From Flavobacteriaceae bacterium (GTDB taxonomy: Bacteria; Bacteroidota; Bacteroidia; UKL13-3): a stretch of DNA of 64,000 nucleotides. Under the pieces are notes generated by a model, which was not told the DNA's origin, made no database searches, and saw nothing but the letters and a program-made list of their open reading frames with translations. The stretch lies in NCBI GenBank assembly GCA_009693575.1, contig SHWZ01000002.1:16929-80928 (forward strand), written 5' to 3'. Positions 8,688 through 19,606 of this stretch are shown here, piece after piece (position 1 is the first letter of the stretch; each line of letters opens with the position of its first letter). The translations under genes and the position numbers were made by a program.

Positions 8688-10544
8688 ATGGCTAAGACAA
8701 GCGACTACAACGAAGAAGACATCCGCAGCCTCGACTGGAAAGAGCATATCAGGCTGAGGCCTGGCATGTACATAGGTAAGCTGGGCGATGGCTCGGCCCC
8801 TGACGATGGCATTTATGTGTTGGTGAAAGAAATTATTGACAACTGCATTGACGAGCATGTGATGGGTAACGGCAAAAGCATCGAGATAAAGGTGAGCGAG
8901 CACAAGGTTTCGGTGCGTGATTTTGGCCGGGGCATTCCCTTGGGCAAGGTGATAGATTGTGTGAGCAAGATAAACACGGGCGGTAAATACGACAGCAAGG
9001 CTTTCCAGAAAAGTGTGGGCTTGAATGGGATCGGAACCAAGGCGGTGAATGCTCTCAGTAACTATTTCAAGGTGCAGAGTGTGCGTGATGGTAGAACAAA
9101 AGTGGCCGAGTTTGAACGCGGGGTGCTGTTGGAAGACCACAAAGAGAAAGCCACCACTGACCGCAACGGCACTATCATAAACTTCACGCCTGACGAACTC
9201 ATTTTCCGTAACTACCGGTACATTCCTGAGTTTCTAGAAAATCAGATAAAGAACTACGCCTACCTGAATGCAGGGCTTATCCTTGTGTTCAATGACCAAA
9301 AATATTTCAGCAAAGACGGCCTACTCGATTTGCTGCGAAGCAAGACCAACGAAGATGCAATCCGCTATCCTATCATTCACTTGCGGGGCGAAGACATTGA
9401 AGTAGCCTTTACCCACAGCAACGAGTATGGCGAGGAATACTACAGCTTCGTGAACGGTCAACATACGACTATGGGCGGCACTCACTTAGCAGCTTTTAGG
9501 GAGGCAGTAGCCAAAACCATCCGCGAGTTTTACAAGAAAGATTTTGACACTGCGGATATACGCCAAAGCATAGTAGGGGCCGTGAGTGTGAGGGTGCAAG
9601 AGCCTGTGTTTGAAAGCCAAACCAAGACCAAGCTGGGAAGCATGAACACTGCACCCGAAGGAGGAGTGAGCATGAAGCAGTTTGTGTTTGATTTCTTGAA
9701 AAAGGAACTGGACGACTTTCTGCACAAGCACCCTGAAACGGCTGATGCACTGCTGAAACGTATACAACAAAGCGAACGTGAACGCAAAGAAATGCAAGGC
9801 ATACGCAAACTGGCCAACGAACGAGCAAAGAAAGCCAATCTGCACAACAAAAAACTGCGTGACTGCCGCTTCCATCTGGGGGAAGACAAGAACGACCATG
9901 TGCTCGACACGACATTGTTTATTACCGAAGGCGACAGTGCTAGTGGTAGCCTTACCAAGGCTAGGCAGGTAGAAACCCAAGCCGTGTTTAGCCTTCGAGG
10001 AAAGCCGTTGAACTGCTATGGCATGACTAAAAAGGTAGTATATGAAAACGAGGAGTTCAACCTGCTGCAACATGCACTGAACATTGAGGAAGGCATGGAT
10101 GGCCTGCGATACAACCGGATAGTAATAGCCACCGATGCCGATGTGGATGGCTTACATATACGTCTACTGCTGCTCACGTTCTTCCTGCAGTTCTTCCCCG
10201 ACTTGGTCAAGAATGGCCACGTATTCGTGCTTGATACACCACTTTTCAGGGTGAGAAACAAACAGAAAACAATATACTGCTACAGCGAAGAAGAGAAGCA
10301 AAAAGCAATGACAGAGTTAGGCAGCAAGCCTGAGATAACCCGGTTTAAAGGTCTGGGCGAAATAAGTCCAGATGAGTTTGAGCAATTCATTGGCGAAGAC
10401 ATGCGGTTGGAACCTGTCTTTATGAAATCGGAAACACATATACAAAAGCTGTTGGAATACTATATGGGCAAAAACACCCCCGACCGTCAAAACTTCATCA
10501 TCGAAAACCTGCGGGTACAACTCGATGATTTAGTGGTGTCTTAG
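8688..10544 (+). CDS. parE: DNA topoisomerase IV subunit B
   Basis: [26 protein letters not shown]...[11 protein letters not shown] (GHKL ATPase domain); [22 protein letters not shown] and TRFKGLGEI (TOPRIM domain). 618 aa, Bacteroidota ParE type. Confidence 0.93.
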   Translation: MAKTSDYNEEDIRSLDWKEHIRLRPGMYIGKLGDGSAPDDGIYVLVKEIIDNCIDEHVMGNGKSIEIKVSEHKVSVRDFGRGIPLGKVIDCVSKINTGGKYDSKAFQKSVGLNGIGTKAVNALSNYFKVQSVRDGRTKVAEFERGVLLEDHKEKATTDRNGTIINFTPDELIFRNYRYIPEFLENQIKNYAYLNAGLILVFNDQKYFSKDGLLDLLRSKTNEDAIRYPIIHLRGEDIEVAFTHSNEYGEEYYSFVNGQHTTMGGTHLAAFREAVAKTIREFYKKDFDTADIRQSIVGAVSVRVQEPVFESQTKTKLGSMNTAPEGGVSMKQFVFDFLKKELDDFLHKHPETADALLKRIQQSERERKEMQGIRKLANERAKKANLHNKKLRDCRFHLGEDKNDHVLDTTLFITEGDSASGSLTKARQVETQAVFSLRGKPLNCYGMTKKVVYENEEFNLLQHALNIEEGMDGLRYNRIVIATDADVDGLHIRLLLLTFFLQFFPDLVKNGHVFVLDTPLFRVRNKQKTIYCYSEEEKQKAMTELGSKPEITRFKGLGEISPDEFEQFIGEDMRLEPVFMKSETHIQKLLEYYMGKNTPDRQNFIIENLRVQLDDLVVS

Positions 10545-10556
10545 TCTTAAATTATC

Positions 10557-11708
10557 ATGATGAACAAGAATTTATCAATTGGTAATAAGAAATTTTTTTT
10601 TTTAAATCTTGATGGCATTCGAACTTGTGCTTTTCTTATGGTTTTTTTCGGTCATTGTTTTCGCTGGGTTCCTTTACAAGGCAAATTTGAGGAATTAGAG
10701 TGGATCTCTCACTTGATGACCAACTTGAGTAACATGGGGGTCAACTTATTTTTTGTTCTGAGTGGTTTCCTTATCACCTATATGTTGATGAACGAACAGA
10801 CCGAAACAGGGACAATCAGTATCTCCAAGTTTTACATCAGAAGAATACTGAGGATTTGGCCTTTGTATTATATTGTTGTGGCTGTCGGCTTCATTGTGGT
10901 TTTCTTTGTTTTCAAATTGCTTCCTATGAACTTGCTTACTTTCCGCGGCACTATGTTTTATGCCTTTTTTCTAGTGAATTTTGAGCATATCTATTACAAC
11001 CTCACTCATACTCTTATTTCTGTACTGTGGTCGGTATCTGTGGAGGAGCAGTTTTACTTATGTTGGCCACTTCTCCTTGCTTTCACAAAGAGACAATACT
11101 ATCCCTTGCTCTTTACAGTGCTAATTGCTGCCTCTATTATGTTCAGAATTAATACTAGTGTGACATCCTACAGGATAATGCATTATCACACATTAGCTAT
11201 AGCCATTTATCTTCTAATTGGCGGCTTAGGTGCATGGTTGGTTTATACTAAGCGAAAATTTCTGGATTTTATTACAGAGATTCCAAAGTATACTATTGTA
11301 ATAGTGTATGTATCTTTGGCTTTTATAGCATCCATACATAAAACATACCTAGCAGATTACGAAGCTTTAATATGTTTGTTTTACGCACCTGCATTTCTAT
11401 TTGTGGTCTTGGAACAGAACTATGCCAAACATTCGTTTTACAAAATGTCACGAATATGGGCATTAGATTTTTTGGGGAAATATACCTACACCCTTTATTG
11501 CACGCATTTCTTTTCCATTTTTGCTGTATGCTTTATCCACATACATTTCTTAAAGCTACCCGACGATAACCTATTCCTTTATTCACTAGAGTGGGTCATC
11601 GCAGCATTTCTTTGCATATCTTCAGCGATCCTTATTTATCGTTACTACGAAAGCTATTTCTTAAAACTAAAACACAAGTTTGATCCCTTGCAAAAGAAGG
11701 TCATTTAA
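10557..11708 (+). CDS. Acyltransferase family 3 (OafA/YrhL-like membrane O-acyltransferase)
   Basis: LDGIRTCAFLMVFFGH, GVNLFFVLSGFLIT, FYIRRILRIWPLYY, LWSVSVEEQFY and YRYYESYF; multiple transmembrane segments. Confidence 0.92.
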   Translation: MMNKNLSIGNKKFFFLNLDGIRTCAFLMVFFGHCFRWVPLQGKFEELEWISHLMTNLSNMGVNLFFVLSGFLITYMLMNEQTETGTISISKFYIRRILRIWPLYYIVVAVGFIVVFFVFKLLPMNLLTFRGTMFYAFFLVNFEHIYYNLTHTLISVLWSVSVEEQFYLCWPLLLAFTKRQYYPLLFTVLIAASIMFRINTSVTSYRIMHYHTLAIAIYLLIGGLGAWLVYTKRKFLDFITEIPKYTIVIVYVSLAFIASIHKTYLADYEALICLFYAPAFLFVVLEQNYAKHSFYKMSRIWALDFLGKYTYTLYCTHFFSIFAVCFIHIHFLKLPDDNLFLYSLEWVIAAFLCISSAILIYRYYESYFLKLKHKFDPLQKKVI

Positions 11709-12267
11709 CAAACGCATTCACCACCTTCTCTGCTTCGACAAAAGCAACTTGCAGGTCGTCGTTTACTAAGATATAATCAAACTGGTTTTCGTAAGGTAGT
11801 TCATGAATGGCTTTTGCTATCCGCATCTCCTGCTTTTCGGGGCTTTCGGTCTTGCGGCTGCGTAGTCGTTCTTTCAGTACTTCAAGTGATTTAGGTTTCA
11901 CAAAAACAGCCAATGCTTGTTCGCCATATTGCTTTTTGATGTTTAGTCCGCCTTCCACATCTATGTCGAACAGCACGTGTTTGCCTTTGTTCAACAGTCG
12001 TTCGATCTCTGCTTTCAATGTGCCATAAAAATGGCCGGGATACACTTCCTCATATTCCACAAATTCACTATTGGCAATCCGCTCCCTGAATTCAACTTCC
12101 GAAATAAAATAATATTCTCTGCCGCTCTGCTCTCCATCTCGCATCTCTCTTGTGCAAGCTGAAATGGAAAAAGCTGTTTCAGGAATTGATTTCAGCAGGT
12201 GTTTTACAATGGTCGTCTTGCCACTGCCCGATGGTGCTGAAAATATTATGAGCTTGCCGGGCATCAC
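11701..12267 (-). CDS. gmk: Guanylate kinase
   Basis: APSGSGKTT P-loop, FSISACTRE.R.GE..GREYYF, YGT and FDIDVEGG. Confidence 0.96.
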   Translation of the reverse strand: MMPGKLIIFSAPSGSGKTTIVKHLLKSIPETAFSISACTREMRDGEQSGREYYFISEVEFRERIANSEFVEYEEVYPGHFYGTLKAEIERLLNKGKHVLFDIDVEGGLNIKKQYGEQALAVFVKPKSLEVLKERLRSRKTESPEKQEMRIAKAIHELPYENQFDYILVNDDLQVAFVEAEKVVNAFVK

Positions 12268-14123
12268 TTTTTCCTTCCCTTCAATTGCTGTTGTTTTTGC
12301 ACTTCCTCCAGCCTTGCCTGAAACTTCGATTTCTTCACAGGTTTCTTTTTGTTCTCCAATATCTGAAGGTGCAGTTTCTTTTCATCAACAAAACGACGAA
12401 TGAACCACTGCTGTACTATGGTGATGGTATTGCTTAGGAAATAGTACCAAGTTAGTCCAGCTGCATAATTGTTGAAGAATCCAAGGAACAACACTGGCAT
12501 CAGGTAACCAATGTATTTCATTTGCCCTGTCACGCCCGTCATGGTATTGTTCATCAGGGTGAAAAGCAGCGAACTCACGGTCATCATCAAAGTGAACAAA
12601 CTCACGTGGTCGCCATAAATTGAATTGATAATTGGCAGCACCCCAAAGTCCCACACACTATCGTAAGTGCTTAGGTCTTCAGCCCACAAGAAACTTTGCC
12701 CACGAAGCTCGAATGCGGAAGGAAAAAACTGAAACATGGCAAACAAAATTGGCATCTGCAACAGCAACGGGAAACAGCCACCCATCGGGTTCACACCTGC
12801 TTTTCGATAAAGCCCCATTGTTTCCTGTTGTTGTTTTTGGAAGTCGCTGCCATTCTTCTCCTTCAGGGCATCCACTTCCGGTTTCAGCAGCCGCATCTTG
12901 GCCGTGCTCAGGTAGCTTTTATACACCAGTGGGAAAAGCACAGTTTTGATAATCAGCGTAAGCAGCAAAATAATTATTCCATAACTTAGGATATAGTCGT
13001 CCAACAAGCCAAACACGGGAATTACCACAAATCGGTTTACCCAGCCGAATAGGCCCCAGCCTAGATAAACCAGCCTTTCAAGGTCGTGTCCGCTTGCTTT
13101 CAAGGTCGTGTAATGGTTCGGAGCAAACAGGAAAGTCATCCCAATGGTTTCATTTGCTGCGTGGGTGAATGGCAGATTCAAATTTGCCGAAAGGTTCTTT
13201 ACTTTGTTGCTGTCAGCGAGGGTACGGGTTTCCAAATGGGTTTTCGTGCCAAACTTCTTATCAGCCATCAGGGTCATGTTAAAATACTGCTGCTTGAACG
13301 ACACCCATTCAATTTCTGGGTCAACGGTCAAAACCTCATCAGCCCTTTCACTCATGTATTCCACACTCTCCTCTCCCGGATACTTATAGTAGATTGTTGT
13401 ACGTTCACGCTCAGGCTTGGCCAAGCGTTCCTGCTTTTCCAAGTCAATTCCCCAGTTCATTTCTATGTAGTCTTTGCCAGGATTAATGAGGTCTCTCATC
13501 CCTACAGTATTCAGATCAAATTTGAGTTTGAATCCCGCAGCTTCCAGCCCAAATCTGTGGTCAATGTATTGGCTGTCGTTCAGTTTTGACCGCATGGCCA
13601 CGGTCTGCCTGCCAGCAGAGTCCTTCTTGATTCCTCCAGGTACAAAGTAAAACTCCTTGCTAGTGGCTGTTCGGTTGTCAGCGGTGTTGAATGCATATTC
13701 CAATTTGGTGTCTGCATTCAGGAAACTTACCTTATCCTCCGTTCCACTTTTCTTAAAGTTTTTCAACTCAACTTTTAGCGGCATTCCACCCTGTGGATTC
13801 AGCCACACTTTCATGTCATCGTTTTCGATGATAGGAGGCTCCACAAGTAGCATCATCCCTTTTTGAGCCATGCCTTGGGGTGTAAGCCCAGTAAAAATGC
13901 CAGTGTCGGCCACTGGGGCTATGCCGGGTATGGTAGGTGCTATCTCTGCAGGTTTGGTGGCCACCTCAGTCATTTTAAGGGCTTCGGTCGAATCGTTCTC
14001 CCGCTTGTATTTTGCCTGCTGCTCTGCAGTGGGCGTGCTCATATAGATGTAGCCCAGCACTATGCCAACTATCACTACCAATCCTATCACCGTCATGCGG
14101 TCCATTCCTTGCTTCTGTTCCAT
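12264..14123 (-). CDS. yidC: Membrane protein insertase YidC
   Basis: N-terminal transmembrane segment and large periplasmic domain; YGIIILLLTLIIK, AGVNPMGGCFPLLLQMPILFA, FLWAEDLS and AGLTWYY. Confidence 0.95.
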   Translation of the reverse strand: MEQKQGMDRMTVIGLVVIVGIVLGYIYMSTPTAEQQAKYKRENDSTEALKMTEVATKPAEIAPTIPGIAPVADTGIFTGLTPQGMAQKGMMLLVEPPIIENDDMKVWLNPQGGMPLKVELKNFKKSGTEDKVSFLNADTKLEYAFNTADNRTATSKEFYFVPGGIKKDSAGRQTVAMRSKLNDSQYIDHRFGLEAAGFKLKFDLNTVGMRDLINPGKDYIEMNWGIDLEKQERLAKPERERTTIYYKYPGEESVEYMSERADEVLTVDPEIEWVSFKQQYFNMTLMADKKFGTKTHLETRTLADSNKVKNLSANLNLPFTHAANETIGMTFLFAPNHYTTLKASGHDLERLVYLGWGLFGWVNRFVVIPVFGLLDDYILSYGIIILLLTLIIKTVLFPLVYKSYLSTAKMRLLKPEVDALKEKNGSDFQKQQQETMGLYRKAGVNPMGGCFPLLLQMPILFAMFQFFPSAFELRGQSFLWAEDLSTYDSVWDFGVLPIINSIYGDHVSLFTLMMTVSSLLFTLMNNTMTGVTGQMKYIGYLMPVLFLGFFNNYAAGLTWYYFLSNTITIVQQWFIRRFVDEKKLHLQILENKKKPVKKSKFQARLEEVQKQQQLKGRKK

Positions 14124-14402
14124 TATTTTTTGTTAAAAGGGCTGCGAAATTAAGGGGCAAGGGCAAAGTGATGATGTACTAATTCGGCAATTCGGCAATC
14201 ATCACAATAGTAGAGCTCCAGACTAGCCAATGATTTAATTAGTTCTCCAGACCACTATATTGCACAAACATAGGTCTGACACACGCAGAAATACAGGTCT
14301 GAATTCCTGCTTGGTCTGATGCTGATTCGAAAATTCTACATTAACGAATTACAAATTGTCACATCATGCACTTCTCCCGACCTTTGCCCTCATATTTTAC
14401 CC

Positions 14403-15728
14403 GTGAGAACAAAAGGAACCAAAAACAACCGCATCAACATCATCACCCTTGGGTGTAGCAAAAACCTAGTGGACAGTGAGCTATTGCTAAGTCAGCTTAA
14501 GGCCAACCAACTGGATGCACACCACGAACGCAACGCCAACGATGCGGGGGTGGTGGTGATAAATACCTGTGGATTTATAGACAATGCAAAGCAAGAAAGC
14601 ATTGATACAATATTGCGGTTTGCGGAAGAAAAGAACGAAGGCAACATACAAAAATTATATGTAACTGGATGCCTGAGCCACCGCTACAAAGAAGAATTGA
14701 ACGCGGAGATACCCGAAGTGGATGCTTGGTTTGGAACGCTGGAACTGCCCAACCTACTAAAAACCCTTGGGGCCGACTACAAGCACGAACTAATAGGTGA
14801 AAGACTGACAACCACTCCTGCCCATTATGCTTATATGAAAATAAGCGAAGGCTGCGACCGCCCATGTGCGTTTTGTGCCATACCATTGATGCGAGGCAAG
14901 CATGTGAGCAAGCCTATTGAACTTTTGGTACACGAGGCCAAGCATTTGGTGAAAAACGGCACTAAAGAAATAATGCTGATAGCACAAGATAGTACGTTTT
15001 ATGGAATAGATTTATATGGTGAACGTAAGCTGTCGGACCTTATGAAACGAATCAGTGATGTTGAGGGGCTGGAGTGGATTCGTCTTCACTATGCCTACCC
15101 ATCGCAGTTTCCGGAGGATATACTGCCAGTGATAGCCGAACGCGAGAATATATGCAACTACCTGGACATGCCTGTGCAACACGCCACCGATAATGTGCTG
15201 AAGGCCATGCGAAGGGGCATCACCCGCCGTCGAACAGAAGAACTGATTAATACCATCCGCAAAAAAGTGCCTGGCATTACCTTGCGTACTACCTTACTGG
15301 TAGGCCATCCCGGAGAAACGGAGCAGGACTTTGAGGAGCTCTGCAATTTTGTGCAACTGACTCGTTTTGATAGGCTTGGGGTATTCACTTATTCGCACGA
15401 AGAAAATACGGCCGCCCACATCTTGGCCGACGATATACCACAAGAGGTGAAAGAAGAACGAGCCGCAATCGTGATGGAAATACAGCAGCAAATCTCCAAC
15501 GAAGTGAACCAAGCCAAGGTTGGTAAAACATATAAAACATTGTTTGACCGAAAAGAGGGAAACCACTTCATAGGCCGCACCGAACAAGACAGCCCAGAGG
15601 TGGACAACGAAGTGCTGGTGGATGCCACCAACAGCTATGTGCGGATTGGAGACTTTGCCAACGTAAAAATAACCAAGGCTGAAGATTTTGATTTGTATGG
15701 GGAAGTAGTTAATTCGGCAATTCGTTGA
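14403..15728 (+). CDS. rimO: Ribosomal protein S12 methylthiotransferase
   Basis: TLGCSKNLVDSE, INTCGFID, radical-SAM motif EGCDRPCAFCAIP and C-terminal TRAM domain (GRTEQDSPEVDNEV). Start placed at GTG 14403. Confidence 0.95.
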   Translation: MRTKGTKNNRINIITLGCSKNLVDSELLLSQLKANQLDAHHERNANDAGVVVINTCGFIDNAKQESIDTILRFAEEKNEGNIQKLYVTGCLSHRYKEELNAEIPEVDAWFGTLELPNLLKTLGADYKHELIGERLTTTPAHYAYMKISEGCDRPCAFCAIPLMRGKHVSKPIELLVHEAKHLVKNGTKEIMLIAQDSTFYGIDLYGERKLSDLMKRISDVEGLEWIRLHYAYPSQFPEDILPVIAERENICNYLDMPVQHATDNVLKAMRRGITRRRTEELINTIRKKVPGITLRTTLLVGHPGETEQDFEELCNFVQLTRFDRLGVFTYSHEENTAAHILADDIPQEVKEERAAIVMEIQQQISNEVNQAKVGKTYKTLFDRKEGNHFIGRTEQDSPEVDNEVLVDATNSYVRIGDFANVKITKAEDFDLYGEVVNSAIR

Positions 15729-15765
15729 TTAGCTAATTCAATTGTCAAATTAATAACAACGCGAG

Positions 15766-17298
15766 ATGCTCTCCTTCAACCCCTTAGACTATAATTTCTA
15801 CCCTAAGCTGATCCAAGATTACTTGGTGGGGAATACTGCTTTGAAGGAGTTTTATACTTTTGAATCAAGTATTCAAGGAATAGTTGAAGCAACGAAGAAG
15901 CGGCAGTTTGATGCCGAAAAAAGAAAGGTGTTGGTGGATGAATTGACAAGGCAATACGAAGGAGTTGACATCGTAGGGGCAGTTTCCGAAAATATAAAAC
16001 TGTTGCATTCGGAAAATACTTTTACCATTACTACCGGCCATCAGTTGGGCATTTTCACCGGACCGCTTTATACTTTGTACAAAGTGATGACGGTGATATC
16101 ACATTGCAAAAAGATGAAGGCCAAAATACCCGACAAAAACTTCATACCTGTATTTTGGTTGGCAAGCGAAGACCATGATTTGGAAGAGATACAAAGCATT
16201 GATCTGTTTGGTAAAAAACAGTCGTGGCAAACCATTCAGAAAGGTGCAGTTGGCCGCATGGATTGCGAAGGTCTACCGGAATTATTACAGCATATAAGAA
16301 TCTTGTTTGCTAACGATGCCAAGGCTTTGGAGTGGATAAGCGAAATGGAAATAGCCTATCAATCTAAAACACTTTCATCAGCTACTCGCAAAATAGTTCA
16401 TAGACTTTTTGGTGACTATGGATTGGTAATCATTGATGCTGATTCACCGGTTTTGAAAGAGCAATTTGTGGAGGTGATGAAACAGGATATATGTGAGCGG
16501 AAGTTTGAACCCATCATCCAAAACCAAACCGAGAAACTTGGTCAACATTACAAGACTCAAGTGAACCCACGACCTATCAATTTCTTTTATCTGAATGCAA
16601 ACAATCGCGAACGTATAACGGATGATGCTACGTTTGATGAAATTCGAAAACCAGAAAACATAGTAGCAAACCCTGAAAACTATTCTCCGAATGTATGTAT
16701 GAGGCCGATGTATCAGGAGTGTATTTTACCTAATGTCTGCTACGTTGGTGGTCCTAGTGAAATAGCTTATTGGTTGCAACTGAAGGAAGCCTTCATAGCT
16801 GCAAATATTTCTTTTCCTGTTTTATTGGTTCGCAATTCGGTGGTCCTATTTCAGCCAAACAAAACTGCACAGATAGAACTGCTTGGATTGGAGCCTATAG
16901 ATTTTTTGGAAGAGGAAAAAAAAATTACCAAAAAGTATATAAAATTGCAGTTGGGTGAGATAACTTTTGATACAGAAATAAATGCGACCTCAGAGGCCAT
17001 TGAAAGTATCAAAAAACAATTGAAAAGCATAGACCTTACACTACTGCCACAGGCCGACCTGATTCAGAAGAACATGAAAGAAGCGATATTGAACCTACAA
17101 AAGAAAATAGAGAAGGTGCGGATGCAAAAATATGAACAGGCTCTTTCCAAAATTAGCAAATTGCGGGCAGAGCTTTTCCCAAATAATATCCCACAAGAGC
17201 GGGTAAGTAACTTGCTTTCCGTTATAGCCTTTTTTGATAAACAAGCATTGTTGCAAGCATTTGAAAACAACAACGAAAAAGGATTCCTGGTATGTTAA
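15766..17298 (+). CDS. bshC: Bacillithiol biosynthesis cysteine-adding enzyme BshC
   Basis: ITTGHQLGIFTGPLYTLYK, VFWLASEDHD, YSPNV.MRP.YQE.ILPN.CYVGGPSEIAYW, a coiled coil, and PQERV.N. Confidence 0.92.
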   Translation: MLSFNPLDYNFYPKLIQDYLVGNTALKEFYTFESSIQGIVEATKKRQFDAEKRKVLVDELTRQYEGVDIVGAVSENIKLLHSENTFTITTGHQLGIFTGPLYTLYKVMTVISHCKKMKAKIPDKNFIPVFWLASEDHDLEEIQSIDLFGKKQSWQTIQKGAVGRMDCEGLPELLQHIRILFANDAKALEWISEMEIAYQSKTLSSATRKIVHRLFGDYGLVIIDADSPVLKEQFVEVMKQDICERKFEPIIQNQTEKLGQHYKTQVNPRPINFFYLNANNRERITDDATFDEIRKPENIVANPENYSPNVCMRPMYQECILPNVCYVGGPSEIAYWLQLKEAFIAANISFPVLLVRNSVVLFQPNKTAQIELLGLEPIDFLEEEKKITKKYIKLQLGEITFDTEINATSEAIESIKKQLKSIDLTLLPQADLIQKNMKEAILNLQKKIEKVRMQKYEQALSKISKLRAELFPNNIPQERVSNLLSVIAFFDKQALLQAFENNNEKGFLVC

Positions 17299-18152
17299 AA
17301 CAGTTGAGCTACCTTGGCTTCCGTTTGTTGGCAGGGCTGTTTTGGCTCATGCCAATGTGGATGGCTTATGGTTTCTCCAACTTCTTGGCTTTTGTGCTTT
17401 ATCGGGTGTGGGGCTACCGCAAAGCAGTGGTGATGGACAACCTACGAAAATCCTTCCCAGAAAAAAGTGAGGCGGAAATAAAATCCATTGCAAAAAAGTA
17501 TTACAACCATTTGGCCAAACTTGCAGTAGAAGTATTGAAAATGTCTTCGCTGTCCAAAGAATATTTCATACAGAATATACCCATTGAAGGTGTCGAAATT
17601 CTGGAGCAATTGAAAGACCGCAAAACCTTCATGCTATGTGGCCACACAGGAAATTGGGAATGGGCTGCACTCATGTTTGGCATCGTATGCCCCCAAGGTT
17701 TCAATACCAGCTATAAACCAGTTTCCAACCCATTCTTTGAGGCTTGGTTCAAAAAGGTACGCACCCGTTTTGGCAACATAGCCCTACCAATGACACTAAT
17801 GCCCCGCGAACTGATGGGGAATAAAAGACCTTCTGTCACCGGACTAGTGGCCGACCAAAACCCAAGTAGTATGGATAATTTGTGGCTTCAATTTCTGAAC
17901 CGCGAAACCTTGTTTTTTAGTGGAGTAGAACGATTGGCCAAGAAACTGGATGTGGCTGTGGTGTTTGCCGATATGTATAGAACCGGTAATGGCCAATACC
18001 GAATACACTTGGAACTTATGACCGAACACGCAAACACCCTACCAGATGGCCACCTGATGCAAGACTATGTTACCCGCCTAGAAAAAGCCATTTACCTGCA
18101 TCCCGAAAACTGGCTGTGGAGCCATCGACGTTGGAAGCATAAGCGGGCTTAA
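17292..18152 (+). CDS. Lipid A biosynthesis acyltransferase (LpxL/HtrB-like lysophospholipid acyltransferase)
   Basis: GHTGNWE, YKP.SNP, LVADQ and C-terminal PENWLWSHRRWK. Confidence 0.9.
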   Translation: MLKQLSYLGFRLLAGLFWLMPMWMAYGFSNFLAFVLYRVWGYRKAVVMDNLRKSFPEKSEAEIKSIAKKYYNHLAKLAVEVLKMSSLSKEYFIQNIPIEGVEILEQLKDRKTFMLCGHTGNWEWAALMFGIVCPQGFNTSYKPVSNPFFEAWFKKVRTRFGNIALPMTLMPRELMGNKRPSVTGLVADQNPSSMDNLWLQFLNRETLFFSGVERLAKKLDVAVVFADMYRTGNGQYRIHLELMTEHANTLPDGHLMQDYVTRLEKAIYLHPENWLWSHRRWKHKRA

Positions 18153-18311
18153 GAATGAATTGGAGGCCTTGTGGTTGAATTTCTTGACCATATTCAATCG
18201 CTGTTTAGGCTATTACTAAAAGACAACGTGTTTTATAGGTTTGTATAACTATTTTCAAAAAGGCTAAACCCATTGCAACAAGATAAACTTTCTTTGCAGA
18301 AAAATTAAAAC

Positions 18312-19580
18312 ATGTACGACAAGGAAATATTTGACCTGATTGAGAAAGAACTTCATCGCCAACAAAATGGTATAGAGCTTATAGCCTCTGAGAACTTTGT
18401 GTCGAAGCAAGTGATGACTGCCATGGGCAGTTGCCTCACTAATAAATACGCCGAAGGACTGCCAGGGAAACGCTACTACGGCGGTTGTGAAGTGGTGGAT
18501 GTTGTGGAGCAACTAGCCATAGATCGGTTGAAAAAACTCTTTGGTGCGGCTTGGGCTAATGTGCAACCACACAGTGGAGCACAGGCCAATGCCGCTGTGA
18601 TGTTGGCTTGCCTTCAAGCGGGCGATTCCATTCTTGGGTTTGATTTGAGTCATGGTGGTCATCTAACGCATGGCTCACCTGTCAACTTTTCAGGAAAGCT
18701 ATACAACCCTCATTTTTATGGAGTAGAAAAGGAAACTGGCACCATAGATTTTAATAAAATTGAACACATTGCCAAGCGGGAAAAACCCAAACTGATTATA
18801 TGCGGAGCTAGCAGCTACAGCCGCGATTGGGATTATAAAAAATTGCGTGAAGTAGCCGACCATGTTGGAGCTTTGTTGTTAGCAGACATTAGCCACCCCG
18901 CAGGATTGATTGCTACCGGCTTATTGAACAACCCCCTCCCCTATTGCCATATCATAACCACAACTACTCATAAAACACTTCGTGGGCCTAGAGGTGGTGT
19001 AATAATGCTGGGGAAGGATTTTGAAAACCCATGGGGATTGAAAACGCCCAAAGGTGAAACGAAGATGATGAGTACTCTATTGGATGGGGCTGTGTTTCCA
19101 GGTACACAAGGCGGCCCACTGGAGCATGTGATAGCCGCCAAAGCTGTTGCCTTTGGAGAAGACCTGCAAGATGACTACAAAATATATTGCCAACAGATAA
19201 TAAAAAACTCGCAGGCCATGGCTGCGGCCTTCGTGGACATGGGCTACCACATTATCAGTGGTGGCACTGACAACCACATGATGCTGCTCGATTTGCGAAG
19301 CAAAAACCTAAGTGGGAAGCTGGCAGAGAACACCCTCATAAAAGCCGACCTAACCGTGAACAAAAACATGGTACCTTTTGATGATAAAAGCCCCTTCGTT
19401 ACTTCTGGAATCCGTATCGGCACATCGGCTATGACTACCCGTGGATTCAAGGAAGAACAGTTTGTGGAGGTAGCTACTTTGATAGACAAAGTGCTGATGA
19501 ACCACGAGAATGATACCATCATTGTTGAGGCTAAAAAAGGGGTGAATACGCTGGCCACTTCGTTTCCATTGTATGCTTAA
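18312..19580 (+). CDS. glyA: Serine hydroxymethyltransferase
   Basis: [39 protein letters not shown] and SGGTDNH. Confidence 0.98.
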   Translation: MYDKEIFDLIEKELHRQQNGIELIASENFVSKQVMTAMGSCLTNKYAEGLPGKRYYGGCEVVDVVEQLAIDRLKKLFGAAWANVQPHSGAQANAAVMLACLQAGDSILGFDLSHGGHLTHGSPVNFSGKLYNPHFYGVEKETGTIDFNKIEHIAKREKPKLIICGASSYSRDWDYKKLREVADHVGALLLADISHPAGLIATGLLNNPLPYCHIITTTTHKTLRGPRGGVIMLGKDFENPWGLKTPKGETKMMSTLLDGAVFPGTQGGPLEHVIAAKAVAFGEDLQDDYKIYCQQIIKNSQAMAAAFVDMGYHIISGGTDNHMMLLDLRSKNLSGKLAENTLIKADLTVNKNMVPFDDKSPFVTSGIRIGTSAMTTRGFKEEQFVEVATLIDKVLMNHENDTIIVEAKKGVNTLATSFPLYA

Positions 19581-19606
19581 TTGATTGTTTCAGCACTAGA
19601 TTTTAC

